Source: a virus | Lineage: Duplodnaviria; Heunggongvirae; Uroviricota; Caudoviricetes | IMG/VR virus record: IMGVR_UViG_2861069343_000007 | Span: 1-37,030 of that record | Reading direction: 5' to 3' (one strand) | Length of the DNA: 37,030 bases | Shown: positions 10,109-18,731 of the stretch, one piece after another | How the letters are laid out: every line of letters starts with the position of its first letter | How positions within the stretch are numbered: the first letter of the stretch is position 1 | The notes under the pieces: model-generated | Seen by the model: only the letters and a program-made list of their open reading frames with translations | The model's database searches: none | Told to the model about the DNA's origin: nothing | Made by a program: the position numbers and the translations under genes

Positions 10109-10522
10109 TTATCTGCTTGCAGGGAAAACAGGCCAAATGATATCAGGTGCGGTGCTGGTATCTGTTGCCGTCACAGCCTCGATATAATCCAGCACAACGT
10201 TAAGTCGGGTAGTTTCTTCTTGCGTCAGTTTGCGCCCGGCCTGCAGCTTTAACTGAATCACGCTGATATTGGCCATTGCTGCGTCTATCAGCGACTGTTT
10301 TTTCTGTTCAGCGTCAGCTACCAGTTCATTATGAGAACGTTCCGGAGGGAGCGGCGCAGTAAATACCCCGTCTGAATACCCCCAGCCAATTCCGGGATGC
10401 TCACTGATATCAGAAATATCAATGAGCTGCTGATTATCCGGCACTGTGAATTCAGCCTCGCCATCCCAGACAATGACATTCACAACCATCCCATTTTCAA
10501 TAACTGCATATGACGCATTCAT
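10109..10522 (-). CDS. G: Tail fiber assembly protein (gpG/Tfa family)
   Basis: Directly downstream of H; start at MNASYAVIENG where its ATG overlaps the H stop (TAATG). Confidence 0.8.
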   Translation of the reverse strand: MNASYAVIENGMVVNVIVWDGEAEFTVPDNQQLIDISDISEHPGIGWGYSDGVFTAPLPPERSHNELVADAEQKKQSLIDAAMANISVIQLKLQAGRKLTQEETTRLNVVLDYIEAVTATDTSTAPDIIWPVFPASR

Positions 10523-12837
10523 TATGCAAACTCCTCGATAATACAAATCCCTGCAGCGCCTTTCCCGCCCGTCATACTGGTTCCGCTATAACCGGCATCG
10601 TATGCACCACCTCCGCCTGAACCATATGCCTTACCACTAACACCACCGCCAGCGCCTGCGCGTCCACCGCCGCCCCAGTGCGATGTTCCGCCTTCACCGC
10701 TGACGCTGATATTTCCGGACTGACCGTCGCCTCCATCTCCACCAGTGATGCGGATATCGCCAGTACTCGGCACACCTCCGTTACCGCCGTTTGTGTTTGT
10801 AACACCCACTTTCCCGCCGCCTGCGCCACCAGGAGCAATTAACGATGCGAATACGCTATTCCCGCCCCTGGTGCCGTTCGTCGCACTAACACCACCGGCC
10901 CCACCTGCGCCGATAGTGACTGGATAACTATTCTGTGTCGGGGTCATTATTGAAATTATTGTTCCACCGGCCCCACCGCCAGCACCGAAAAACGTTTCAT
11001 TATTGGATGTAGCCTTGCAGCCGCCCCCTCCGCCACCGCCGCCCGTTATTGTGACCCTGAGCCGTTTTGTTCCTGGCGTCGGGATGTACGTACCTGATGA
11101 CGTGAAAACCCTAGTGCTTATCAGGCGCCCAACGTATCCACTTTCATCGCTCAAGCCAAGGTCAGTAGTAGTAGGTTTATTTTTAGTGTTATACGCTCTG
11201 CGCCATCCAGGTGAATAACTTGTGCTGCCAGACACGTTAAACACATAGATAAACTCCGCATTAGTGAGTGCACCAGAGACACTTGTCGTCGTGGCTGTTG
11301 TTATTCGAATAGTGTAATTGTCGGTATTATTGCTGAATACTTCTATCACAGCACCCGTCAGTGGAATAATGCCACAACCAGTTTCACTGTCTGGTATGGA
11401 TGCACTAGTTGCATACGACCATGCACAACGAGCGAACCATGCTTTCGTATTGAATGCCCCATTATTTTGCAACAAAGTAACTAACTGAGCTGTCGTTATT
11501 GACTCACCGTTATTACCTGTTTTTAACCAACCAGTAGGAGATGCCGGGCAACCAATATACTGAATAACCTCCTGTGTGCTTGTTTTAGCCAGAATATCCC
11601 GTCCAACATTAGTCAGTGTTGTCAAGCTGGCTGTATCATTCCCCGTAAAATACGGTAGTTTGTCTGCCGCAGTGGCAAGGCCTGCCAGTGCGGTCAGTGT
11701 GGCGTCGGCAGGTTGTTTTCCATTGGCAAGGTCATATACAGCCTTCACGGCTTTTGGTGTGGCAGCCTGCGTTTCTGACGTGCTGTTAGTGGCGCTGCTG
11801 AGTTGCACGGTGCCTTTTACCGTCAGTGAAGCTGCAGGCACATCCGTTATCTGGCTCCACGGGTGCGTGTGACTGACAGGTGCCTTACCTGCTGCAAGGT
11901 CATATGCCGCCTTCACTGCCTTTGGTGTGGCAGCCTGCGTTTCTGACGTGCTGTTAGTGGCACTGCTGAGTTGCACGGTGCCTTTTACCGTCAGTGAAGC
12001 TACAGGCACATCCGTTATCTGATTCCACGGGTGTGTGTGACTGACAGGTGCCTTACCTGCTGCAAGGTCATATGCCGCCTTCACTGCCTTTGGAGTGGCG
12101 GCCTGCGTTTCTGATGTGCTGTTAGTGGCGCTGCTGAGTTGCACAGTGCCTTTTACCGTCAGCGAGGCTGCAGGTACACCTGTTATCTGATTCCACGGGT
12201 GTGTGTGACTGGCGGATGCTTTACCTGCTGCAAGATCATATGCAGCCTTCACAGCCTTCGGTGTTGCGGCCAGTATTTCGGATTCACTGTTGGTCGCACT
12301 GCTTAACTGAGTAAAACCTTTTGCGGTCAGCGAGGCGTCCGGGTGACGTCGTGACTGTTCGTGCTCTGATATTTTGTCATCCACATACTTGCGAGTTGCC
12401 AGTACTACAGCAGGGTCGATTTTCAGGGTGATATTGTCCGTACTGCTGGTAATCAGCACCATGCGCACGGTCTGGGTGCGCCCGCTGCCTTCAGCCAGTT
12501 GCGGTTTATAGCTTTCCGGGCAGTTCCCCACGGCAATCAATGCCCCTGACTCATCAAACAGGCCCACTTCACGTATCCACCAACCGCCCTCGTTTTCAGG
12601 GATCACCTGTTCAGCAATAATCTGGCTGCTGTTCTGCGGGTCGATATAGAGCATATTCAGTGCAGCCCGGCGTTTCTCATTTACCAGTGCAGTCTGCTTT
12701 GCGTCCGGCGTCGGCAATGCTCCGCCGCCATCGCCCACCGCCATATGGGTAATTTTTAGCGGCACACCAAGCGCGGCGGCGCTGGCAAGTTTCGCCGCGC
12801 CAATATCCGTCAGCAGGGTATAAAATTTTGTGCTCAT
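10522..12837 (-). CDS. H: Tail fiber protein gpH with four tandem fiber repeats and glycine-rich C-terminal domain
   Basis: 771 aa; P2 H-like N-terminus; four ~57-aa repeats (SLTVKGTVQLSSATNSTSETQAATPKAVKAAYDLAAGKAPVSHTHPW); C-terminal ~200 aa rich in GGxGG. Confidence 0.9.
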   Translation of the reverse strand: MSTKFYTLLTDIGAAKLASAAALGVPLKITHMAVGDGGGALPTPDAKQTALVNEKRRAALNMLYIDPQNSSQIIAEQVIPENEGGWWIREVGLFDESGALIAVGNCPESYKPQLAEGSGRTQTVRMVLITSSTDNITLKIDPAVVLATRKYVDDKISEHEQSRRHPDASLTAKGFTQLSSATNSESEILAATPKAVKAAYDLAAGKASASHTHPWNQITGVPAASLTVKGTVQLSSATNSTSETQAATPKAVKAAYDLAAGKAPVSHTHPWNQITDVPVASLTVKGTVQLSSATNSTSETQAATPKAVKAAYDLAAGKAPVSHTHPWSQITDVPAASLTVKGTVQLSSATNSTSETQAATPKAVKAVYDLANGKQPADATLTALAGLATAADKLPYFTGNDTASLTTLTNVGRDILAKTSTQEVIQYIGCPASPTGWLKTGNNGESITTAQLVTLLQNNGAFNTKAWFARCAWSYATSASIPDSETGCGIIPLTGAVIEVFSNNTDNYTIRITTATTTSVSGALTNAEFIYVFNVSGSTSYSPGWRRAYNTKNKPTTTDLGLSDESGYVGRLISTRVFTSSGTYIPTPGTKRLRVTITGGGGGGGGCKATSNNETFFGAGGGAGGTIISIMTPTQNSYPVTIGAGGAGGVSATNGTRGGNSVFASLIAPGGAGGGKVGVTNTNGGNGGVPSTGDIRITGGDGGDGQSGNISVSGEGGTSHWGGGGRAGAGGGVSGKAYGSGGGGAYDAGYSGTSMTGGKGAAGICIIEEFA
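11700..12350 (-). repeat. About four tandem ~171-bp coding repeats inside the tail fiber gene
   Basis: Near-identical DNA units beginning gcaaggtcatat... recur at ~11726, ~11897, ~12068 and (diverged) ~12232. Confidence 0.8.
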
Positions 12838-13439
12838 GGATTCACTCTCATTGTGTCAATAACATGGACCGCCCCGCCTTCATGCGCGGTGCCGCCGGAA
12901 ATAATTGTTTCGTTGATATACGGATAGATCGTGATTTCTTCGCCAAGATAGCTGGCGGCTCCCACCCAATGCGGGCCGCTGGTCTGCAGGTTGATGGACA
13001 TGCCGCTCATGTGACGGCTACATGGTTTGGCATCGCTTATCAGTCGCTCAAGTTCCAGATAGGTATCTTCAGTGATGCCCTGGTCCTGCACGCCGATATC
13101 CAGACGAAACGTGCCCGGTGCCTCTCCGGTCTGCCACCACTCAATAATGCGGATCAGAAAGCCGAACGGCTCCACCACCCGCCGCACGGCACTGGTGGTC
13201 CCTTTATGCTGATGAATATAAAAAGCATCCTTCACCACCTGGCGCTTGACGCTTTCTGTCCAGCCCTCGTCCCAGCGATCCACAGAGAACGCCCAGGCGA
13301 GATAAGGCAGGAAACTGACCGGACAGGTAGCCGGATTCCACAAGTCACGCAGCGGCACCTGCAAATCAGAAATCCCGCTACAGGTTTGCGCCAGTCGGCG
13401 CTCCAGTGAAGTTGAACCCGGTGGCAGCAGACTATTCAT
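12834..13439 (-). CDS. I: Baseplate assembly protein gpI
   Basis: 201 aa; position between J and H; overlapping stop/start. Confidence 0.8.
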   Translation of the reverse strand: MNSLLPPGSTSLERRLAQTCSGISDLQVPLRDLWNPATCPVSFLPYLAWAFSVDRWDEGWTESVKRQVVKDAFYIHQHKGTTSAVRRVVEPFGFLIRIIEWWQTGEAPGTFRLDIGVQDQGITEDTYLELERLISDAKPCSRHMSGMSINLQTSGPHWVGAASYLGEEITIYPYINETIISGGTAHEGGAVHVIDTMRVNP

Positions 13440-14340
13440 CCGTTCCTCCGTTGGTTACGCTCCACTGCGTACATGATGCCGCCTGTGTTTTGTTCAGGAC
13501 CACATCCGCCAGCGGAGAAGCCAGTTCCACACGTTGAACACCCTCAACATGCAGAGCAGCAAAGATGGCGCTACGGCGAATATCCCGACCAAGCCTCGTC
13601 TGGCTGGCAATGTACTTCTGCAGACTGGCTTTTGCCGCTGCCATTACCGGCTCTGCTTCCGGTCCCGGATAGAGAAAAATGGTGGCTTCCACGCGATACG
13701 GAATGATTTCTGCGCTGCGAACCGTAAGACGGTCAGCCACCGGGCGGACGTTCTCACTGTTCAGGGCTTTCTCCACCACATCCAGCAAGTCTTTTTCTGC
13801 TGTTCCGTCGCCTTCACGACTCAGGACAGTCAGTACCACCTCTGCAGGTGCCGGACTGGTTGCACTGGCATCCGCCACCCGACCGTCGGCGCTTCGGGCA
13901 TGAAATTCATAAGCGGCAGTTGGCCCCGCAACAGAAAGCCCTTCAAAGGCTGCGGGCACACGCAGGCGTAACGCTTCATCGCTTTCCATCACAGCCGCAA
14001 CGGGTGGCACAGCGTCATTATCAGCAGGCGTCACCGTCAGGCGTTTCACGTTGTAGTTGGCAGCGAGCTGGTCAAGATCGCCGCCCATCGCGTAAGCCAC
14101 CATCACAGCCTGCGCGGCTTCGTTAATGCGCTGGCGCAGAAGCAACTCACGGTAAGCGTTCTCCTGCAGCAATTTGGTGACGGGTTCAGATTCCAGTTCC
14201 AGCGTGCGGATCACGGCTTCCTGCTCATCTTTCGGATGAAGCGCAACAAATTCGGCCTTGCGTTCGGCAAGCAGCGTCTCAAAGTCCGGCACATCGACAA
14301 TCTGCGGCGCAGGCAACTGCGAAAGGTCAATCACTGCCAT
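13432..14340 (-). CDS. J: Baseplate protein gpJ
   Basis: Start placed at MAVIDLSQLPAP (aligns with the P2 J N-terminus), not ORF-track 14379. Confidence 0.85.
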   Translation of the reverse strand: MAVIDLSQLPAPQIVDVPDFETLLAERKAEFVALHPKDEQEAVIRTLELESEPVTKLLQENAYRELLLRQRINEAAQAVMVAYAMGGDLDQLAANYNVKRLTVTPADNDAVPPVAAVMESDEALRLRVPAAFEGLSVAGPTAAYEFHARSADGRVADASATSPAPAEVVLTVLSREGDGTAEKDLLDVVEKALNSENVRPVADRLTVRSAEIIPYRVEATIFLYPGPEAEPVMAAAKASLQKYIASQTRLGRDIRRSAIFAALHVEGVQRVELASPLADVVLNKTQAASCTQWSVTNGGTDE

Positions 14341-14686
14341 TCTCTGCTCCTGTTGATACGGAAAGGGAAACAGGCACACCGTTATTACGCCGCCCGGTCA
14401 GCCCCACCACCATTGAACCGTCAAAATTGCTTTTAATGGTGATGGAATCCAGCGTCAGCCGTGGCTCCCAGCGACTCAGCGCCACATACACTGCCGACAT
14501 GACCTGCAGGCGTAATGCCGGATTTTGTGGCTGGTCTATCAGTGTCGACAGCAGGGAACCATATTCACGACGGGCAATGCGGCTACCCTGCGGTGTCAGT
14601 AGAATGTCCCGCACCGACTGACGCAGATGGTCAATATCAGTAATGGCTTTACCGCTGGTATTGTTCATCCCGATATAAAGCGTCAT
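14327..14686 (-). CDS. W: Baseplate wedge protein gpW
   Basis: 119 aa; position between V and J. Confidence 0.8.
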   Translation of the reverse strand: MTLYIGMNNTSGKAITDIDHLRQSVRDILLTPQGSRIARREYGSLLSTLIDQPQNPALRLQVMSAVYVALSRWEPRLTLDSITIKSNFDGSMVVGLTGRRNNGVPVSLSVSTGAENGSD

Positions 14687-15261
14687 ACCGGACCTCCGGT
14701 TGTATCGCCGCCTTTCAGGACGCCAGTATGCTGATGCGCATCAACCACGATCCCGTTAGAACTCATCGCTCCGCCGCCCTGGGTAACGCCACCATTGATC
14801 ACCACTTCGCTGTTAATGCGCGTGCGGTCAGCCTCCAGTACAAACTCACTGGTTTTCATGGTGATGTTGTCAGCGGCCTCAATGACCATTGATTTGATGC
14901 CCCTGACATACCAGCGCCCGGTGGCGGGTTCGTATTCAAACCAGCCGCCGTCCGGGTATTCCGTCACGTTGCCGTCCTCAGAGCCTGAAGGTGGCGGAAA
15001 CTGGTTTGAGTAGACCGCAGGCAGGGCAAACGAGGTTTCCAGATTGCCGCCAAGGCTGAACAGCACAACCTGCTCACCCACAGACGGTTTCCACCAGGTG
15101 CGCGATTTGCCCGCGCGCAGTGTCAGCCAGTTAATCCAGTTGGTTTCGAGGTCGCCAGTTTTCACCCGACACAGCCAGTTTGCCCTGTCCACTTCGGTGA
15201 CTACACCTGTGCGGATCAGGTTGGTGATAAGGCGCATGATTTCGGTTAATTGTGCGTTCAT
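14683..15261 (-). CDS. V: Baseplate hub/spike protein gpV
   Basis: 192 aa; P2 V-like (…RAGKSRTWWKPSVGEQV…). Confidence 0.85.
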   Translation of the reverse strand: MNAQLTEIMRLITNLIRTGVVTEVDRANWLCRVKTGDLETNWINWLTLRAGKSRTWWKPSVGEQVVLFSLGGNLETSFALPAVYSNQFPPPSGSEDGNVTEYPDGGWFEYEPATGRWYVRGIKSMVIEAADNITMKTSEFVLEADRTRINSEVVINGGVTQGGGAMSSNGIVVDAHQHTGVLKGGDTTGGPV

Positions 15262-15307
15262 AGGGAAAGGTTGCCATCAGGGGAAGAAAGGCGGCAGTGC
15301 TGCAACT

Positions 15308-15325
15308 TGTATCAGTGCTGATACA
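15308..15325 (-). promoter_or_regulatory. Ogr-type late promoter activator site (TGT-N12-ACA) upstream of V
   Basis: tgtatcagtgctgataca in the S/V intergenic region. Confidence 0.5.
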
Positions 15326-15329
15326 AAGA

Positions 15330-15776
15330 TCACCCCGCCAGCCATTGCAGAATCATGTCGCGGGTCATTGCCTCAACATCATCATTTACACCCAGAAGGC
15401 GGCGTTCTGCGTAACGGACCTCAGGTCCTTTGCTACTGACGCGATCGCGCAAGCCGTAATGGTGAACACGGGCAATGCGCTGCACCTTACCTTCAAACTG
15501 CACGCTGGCAGAGTCGGCGCTGGCGGCAGTTTTCAGGTATTTTGTGGTGCGAAGTTTTGTAAACATCTGCCGTTTGATGCGGCCTTTTTTACTGCGTGCT
15601 GTTACCCGTCGCGGTTCATAGCTGCTGCCGTCAGGGTTGCGCTGCATCTTGATGTTCTGCTGCTGTGTCCGGCGCAGTTCCTGCGCCAGCTGGCGCATCA
15701 TGCGGCTTCTGGCGGCTGGCTCCAGATTCGCCAGCAAGGCACTCAGCCAGTCGTCCACTTTCTGCAGTTCAGCCAC
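15330..15776 (-). CDS. S: Tail completion protein gpS
   Basis: 148 aa; position. Confidence 0.8.
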   Translation of the reverse strand: MAELQKVDDWLSALLANLEPAARSRMMRQLAQELRRTQQQNIKMQRNPDGSSYEPRRVTARSKKGRIKRQMFTKLRTTKYLKTAASADSASVQFEGKVQRIARVHHYGLRDRVSSKGPEVRYAERRLLGVNDDVEAMTRDMILQWLAG

Positions 15777-16221
15777 GTTTCACCGTCCACATTTCTTCAG
15801 GTTCATCAGGTTCCGCTACAGCTTCAACACTCGACACACTGCCGTCAGTGCTGACCAGCACACGCTCCGTCAGTTGCAGGTTCAGGCTGATATCACAGAC
15901 ATCGTTGCGCAGAATATCCACCTCAAAGGTGAATAGTTTTTCCCGTAACGCCGGGTTATTGATGGCATCGGGCTGGTTATCCCTCAGCCACAGCAAAACC
16001 GGGGCCATCAGCAGATTCTGGTCGCCGCTGAAATCCTCAATCACCGCGTTCAGGGTGTAACGGTACTCCCACGACATGGAGCTGGCCCCCGTGGCAACCA
16101 GCGAACCGTTATCCACAAACAGATGCAGTTTGTCCGGGTTATTGCGGACATAAGGCACCGCTTTATTGAGGGCGTGGCGCAGGGATTGTGGTTTGTTCAC
16201 TGTTTCGCTCCTGACACGCAA
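15769..16221 (-). CDS. R: Tail completion protein gpR
   Basis: 150 aa; position. Confidence 0.8.
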   Translation of the reverse strand: MRVRSETVNKPQSLRHALNKAVPYVRNNPDKLHLFVDNGSLVATGASSMSWEYRYTLNAVIEDFSGDQNLLMAPVLLWLRDNQPDAINNPALREKLFTFEVDILRNDVCDISLNLQLTERVLVSTDGSVSSVEAVAEPDEPEEMWTVKRG

Positions 16222-16453
16222 TAATCATGTCCACTTTGTCTGCACAGACCGCCCAGGCAGTCTCCGTTTCATCCAGCAACGCGTTCAGATCACCATTAGT
16301 GCGCGGCGTTGCCTGATCCAGCCGACACGGCGTCACTCGCGGACAACCACTGACGGTAAGCCGTACCTCCGGTGAGTGCCGGACGTTCCCGCAGCCGGAT
16401 AATGTCAGCAGGCAAAGGAGTATCAGCCCAGCGGCGTAAATCCTCGTTCTCAC
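16163..16453 (-). CDS. lysC: LysC (Rz1-like outer-membrane lipoprotein spanin), embedded out of frame in lysB
   Basis: Signal peptide with lipobox LLTLSGC; overlaps the 3' end of lysB in another frame. Confidence 0.7.
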   Translation of the reverse strand: MRTRIYAAGLILLCLLTLSGCGNVRHSPEVRLTVSGCPRVTPCRLDQATPRTNGDLNALLDETETAWAVCADKVDMIIACQERNSEQTTIPAPRPQ

Positions 16454-16724
16454 GTTTCAGTTCCTCGATCCGGTGTTGTCGTTGTCTCAGCAGCGCGCTG
16501 GTCTGTTCTGCTTCGGCATAGAGCCGCGCCTGCTCCCGGTTATTGGTTTCAGTCAGAATGGACAGGCTGATAAGCTGGCTGTTGCTCTTTGCCAGTGCCT
16601 GGCTTTTGCTCTGCAGCTCGTCTGCCTGCGTGCTGATGGTCTGGCTGGCATCAGCCAGCCGCCACGTCTGCCAGCCCAGCGCCGCCAGTAATAACGCCAG
16701 CACAACCAGCAGCAACCGGTTCAT
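16296..16724 (-). CDS. lysB: LysB (Rz-like inner-membrane spanin)
   Basis: 142 aa; N-terminal TM segment then coiled-coil; position after lysA. Confidence 0.8.
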   Translation of the reverse strand: MNRLLLVVLALLLAALGWQTWRLADASQTISTQADELQSKSQALAKSNSQLISLSILTETNNREQARLYAEAEQTSALLRQRQHRIEELKRENEDLRRWADTPLPADIIRLRERPALTGGTAYRQWLSASDAVSAGSGNAAH

Positions 16725-17098
16725 GCTGATACCTGTTGCGCCATCTGATTACGGGTCATCCAGAAGGCAATAACGGTCAGCAGATAAAAGACCAGGGTAA
16801 TAACCCACCCCGTCCAGGCGAGACTTACGACAATCAGCAATCGCATCACCCAGCTGATAAATACGTTTTCTTTTCGGGTAATTGTCTTCAGCAAAGATGC
16901 CCTCAACTCCTGCCAGAGCGGGCCATTCTTAATTAACGCAGCCAGTGCTACCGGAATTACCGCCCATGTCAGCAAACAGGCTACCCAAACGCCGGACGCT
17001 GACAGTACCGGAAAAATCCCCTGCGGATACACCATTGCTTCGATTAACAGCGCCATCCATAACATCAGAAACAGCCCGCTGATTAATTTCTTTTTCAT
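16721..17098 (-). CDS. lysA: LysA (membrane protein, lysis timing)
   Basis: Start at MKKKLISG (ATG overlaps endolysin stop); several TM segments. Confidence 0.7.
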   Translation of the reverse strand: MKKKLISGLFLMLWMALLIEAMVYPQGIFPVLSASGVWVACLLTWAVIPVALAALIKNGPLWQELRASLLKTITRKENVFISWVMRLLIVVSLAWTGWVITLVFYLLTVIAFWMTRNQMAQQVSA

Positions 17099-17099
17099 T

Positions 17100-17612
17100 T
17101 CAGTTTGCTCCCTGTAAGCACCAGGCCATCTCCCGCGCACGGCGGTTATCCAGCCCCTGATTAAACACACCTTTTACATAAACCCAGCGCGGCAACTGTC
17201 GGCATGCATCCTCCCAGCGCCGCTGATTAAGTAATTTCACCAGTGTGGAACTGCAGGCACTGCCCGTTCCCACGTTGAAGGCAAACGACACCGTAGCGTC
17301 ATATACCTTCTGCGGCGGCTGTTGCTTCACACACCTTTCCAGCGCCCGCTCCACACGTAGCACGTTGGAGATCAGCCCTTCCGCTGCCTGTCGTTCCGTA
17401 ATGGTTTTGCCCGGGATGACGCCCGATGTATTACCAATGCCGTCGGTCCAGACACCCGCACTGCACTGATACGGCTGCAGACGACAGCCTTCGTAATCAG
17501 CAATCAGTTTCAGCCCCTCCACGGAGGTGTGAAGCTGCTGAAAACCCGGCAGCGTGGCAGCAATAGCCAGCACGGTCCCGACAAGGCAGCGTTTAACGAT
17601 TGATGGATTCAT
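17100..17612 (-). CDS. K: SAR endolysin (phage lysozyme, gpK position)
   Basis: 170 aa; N-terminal weakly hydrophobic signal-anchor-release segment then lysozyme-like body. Confidence 0.8.
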   Translation of the reverse strand: MNPSIVKRCLVGTVLAIAATLPGFQQLHTSVEGLKLIADYEGCRLQPYQCSAGVWTDGIGNTSGVIPGKTITERQAAEGLISNVLRVERALERCVKQQPPQKVYDATVSFAFNVGTGSACSSTLVKLLNQRRWEDACRQLPRWVYVKGVFNQGLDNRRAREMAWCLQGAN

Positions 17613-17808
17613 AGTCCTCCCGCGAGATCTGCCCGTCGCGCAGAAGCTGGTAGGCTTTGTGTTTGTAGTACCAGTTGATAGCCAGCATCAGCACACCAAT
17701 CATCAGGCCGCCCAGCGTTGAGGCATCCTTGATGGACAAATCGCCCAGCCAGGCCAGCACAACGGCGATGCAGTACGTGATAAAGGCGCTGATTCGCTCA
17801 AGCGTCAT
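17593..17808 (-). CDS. Y: Holin (pinholin-like, two TM segments)
   Basis: 71 aa; two hydrophobic helices and charged C-terminus; immediately upstream of the endolysin. Confidence 0.75.
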   Translation of the reverse strand: MTLERISAFITYCIAVVLAWLGDLSIKDASTLGGLMIGVLMLAINWYYKHKAYQLLRDGQISREDYESINR

Positions 17809-17811
17809 AAT

Positions 17812-18015
17812 TCAGTCCCATAGCTGGACGGTCTGCACGGTGGTGGTGGTCGGAATGTCCGGCAACTCCACCTGCAGCCCGTGAGGTAAAAAGGGGCCGT
17901 ATTCGGCAAGCCCCGGATTTGCCTTCAGTACCTGCTCCGTGACACCCTGCGTGCGCCCGTAATGACGCCAGCAAAGCGCGTCCACCGTGTCATACTGATG
18001 CGCACGCACTTTCAT
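17812..18015 (-). CDS. X: Tail protein gpX
   Basis: 67 aa; P2 X-like (…YGRTQGVTEQVLKANPGLAE…). Confidence 0.85.
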   Translation of the reverse strand: MKVRAHQYDTVDALCWRHYGRTQGVTEQVLKANPGLAEYGPFLPHGLQVELPDIPTTTTVQTVQLWD

Positions 18016-18362
18016 CAGATAAGCTCCACTGTGCAGTGCGGCGCATCCTGCACCCGGCTGATGGCCCAGCGGGCGTCACGCCACAAATCACCGCTTGCTT
18101 CCGCCAGTTCCTCGCCCCGCTTCACACCGGACGCCGTGGCGTCATAGTCCTGGTAACGTTCGTTGAGCATGGCGCGTGCCCAGCAGTAAACCGCGTTGAA
18201 ATAGTGCTGAATGCGCTCACTTTTGCCGTCCAGCTGTTCCGCCGGAACCTCTGCCAGCGACGCATACCCCAGCATCTGCTGGCGTCTGCGAAACTCATAC
18301 AGCTCTGCGTTGACCTCCGAAATTGCCGACAGCGCAACCTGCTTTAAACGCGGCTGCGTCAC
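18015..18362 (-). pseudogene. L: Head completion protein gpL, N-terminally truncated (C-terminal ~2/3 only)
   Basis: 115 aa aligning with the C-terminal part of P2 gpL (…NAELYEF…DLWRDARWAISRVQ…); GTG start abuts the stop of the N fragment. Confidence 0.65.
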
Positions 18363-18715
18363 AGGTCCAGCTTCGCGTAGGTCAGCACCGTGTCAAAGTT
18401 GGTCTGCTCGCATTTATATTCCACATCGACCATCAGCGTCGGATCGACAGGTTCACGCTCTTTCGCGGTGGTGTCAGTGGTTCCGGCAATGGTGCTGCCA
18501 ACTCCCAGCCCCAGCAGCTGACCGGACTGCTCAGTCACTGGCGTGACGTTAATCAGCGTCAGGAAAGCGGCGGACTGCTGGATCTGGTCTTCCAGCGTCT
18601 GCTGCACAGACGGCTCCACGGTGAACTTGCTGGACAGTTCTTCAACTGCCACACCGTTCAGACGCGCCAGCTGCTGCAGGTAAGCGTTAAAAGCAAAGCG
18701 GGTATTCTTCTTCAT
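18359..18715 (-). pseudogene. N: Major capsid protein gpN, N-terminal fragment (118 aa of an expected ~350 aa)
   Basis: MKKNTRFAFNAYLQQLARLNG…FTVEPSV… matches the P2 gpN N-terminus; stop at the position where gpN normally continues. Confidence 0.65.
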
Positions 18716-18731
18716 CGGGTTTTGTGCTCCA

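Noticed and set aside
10560-11060. Low-complexity GGN-rich DNA, considered as a separate gene or repeat element
   Set aside because: It is the in-frame glycine-rich C-terminal domain of the tail fiber; overlapping ORFs (88, 60, 71 aa) are frame artefacts.
11700-12350. Tandem direct repeats, considered as a possible CRISPR array or satellite
   Set aside because: Units are ~171 bp with no spacer structure, are in-frame and encode the conserved tail-fiber repeat motif; they are protein-coding repeats.
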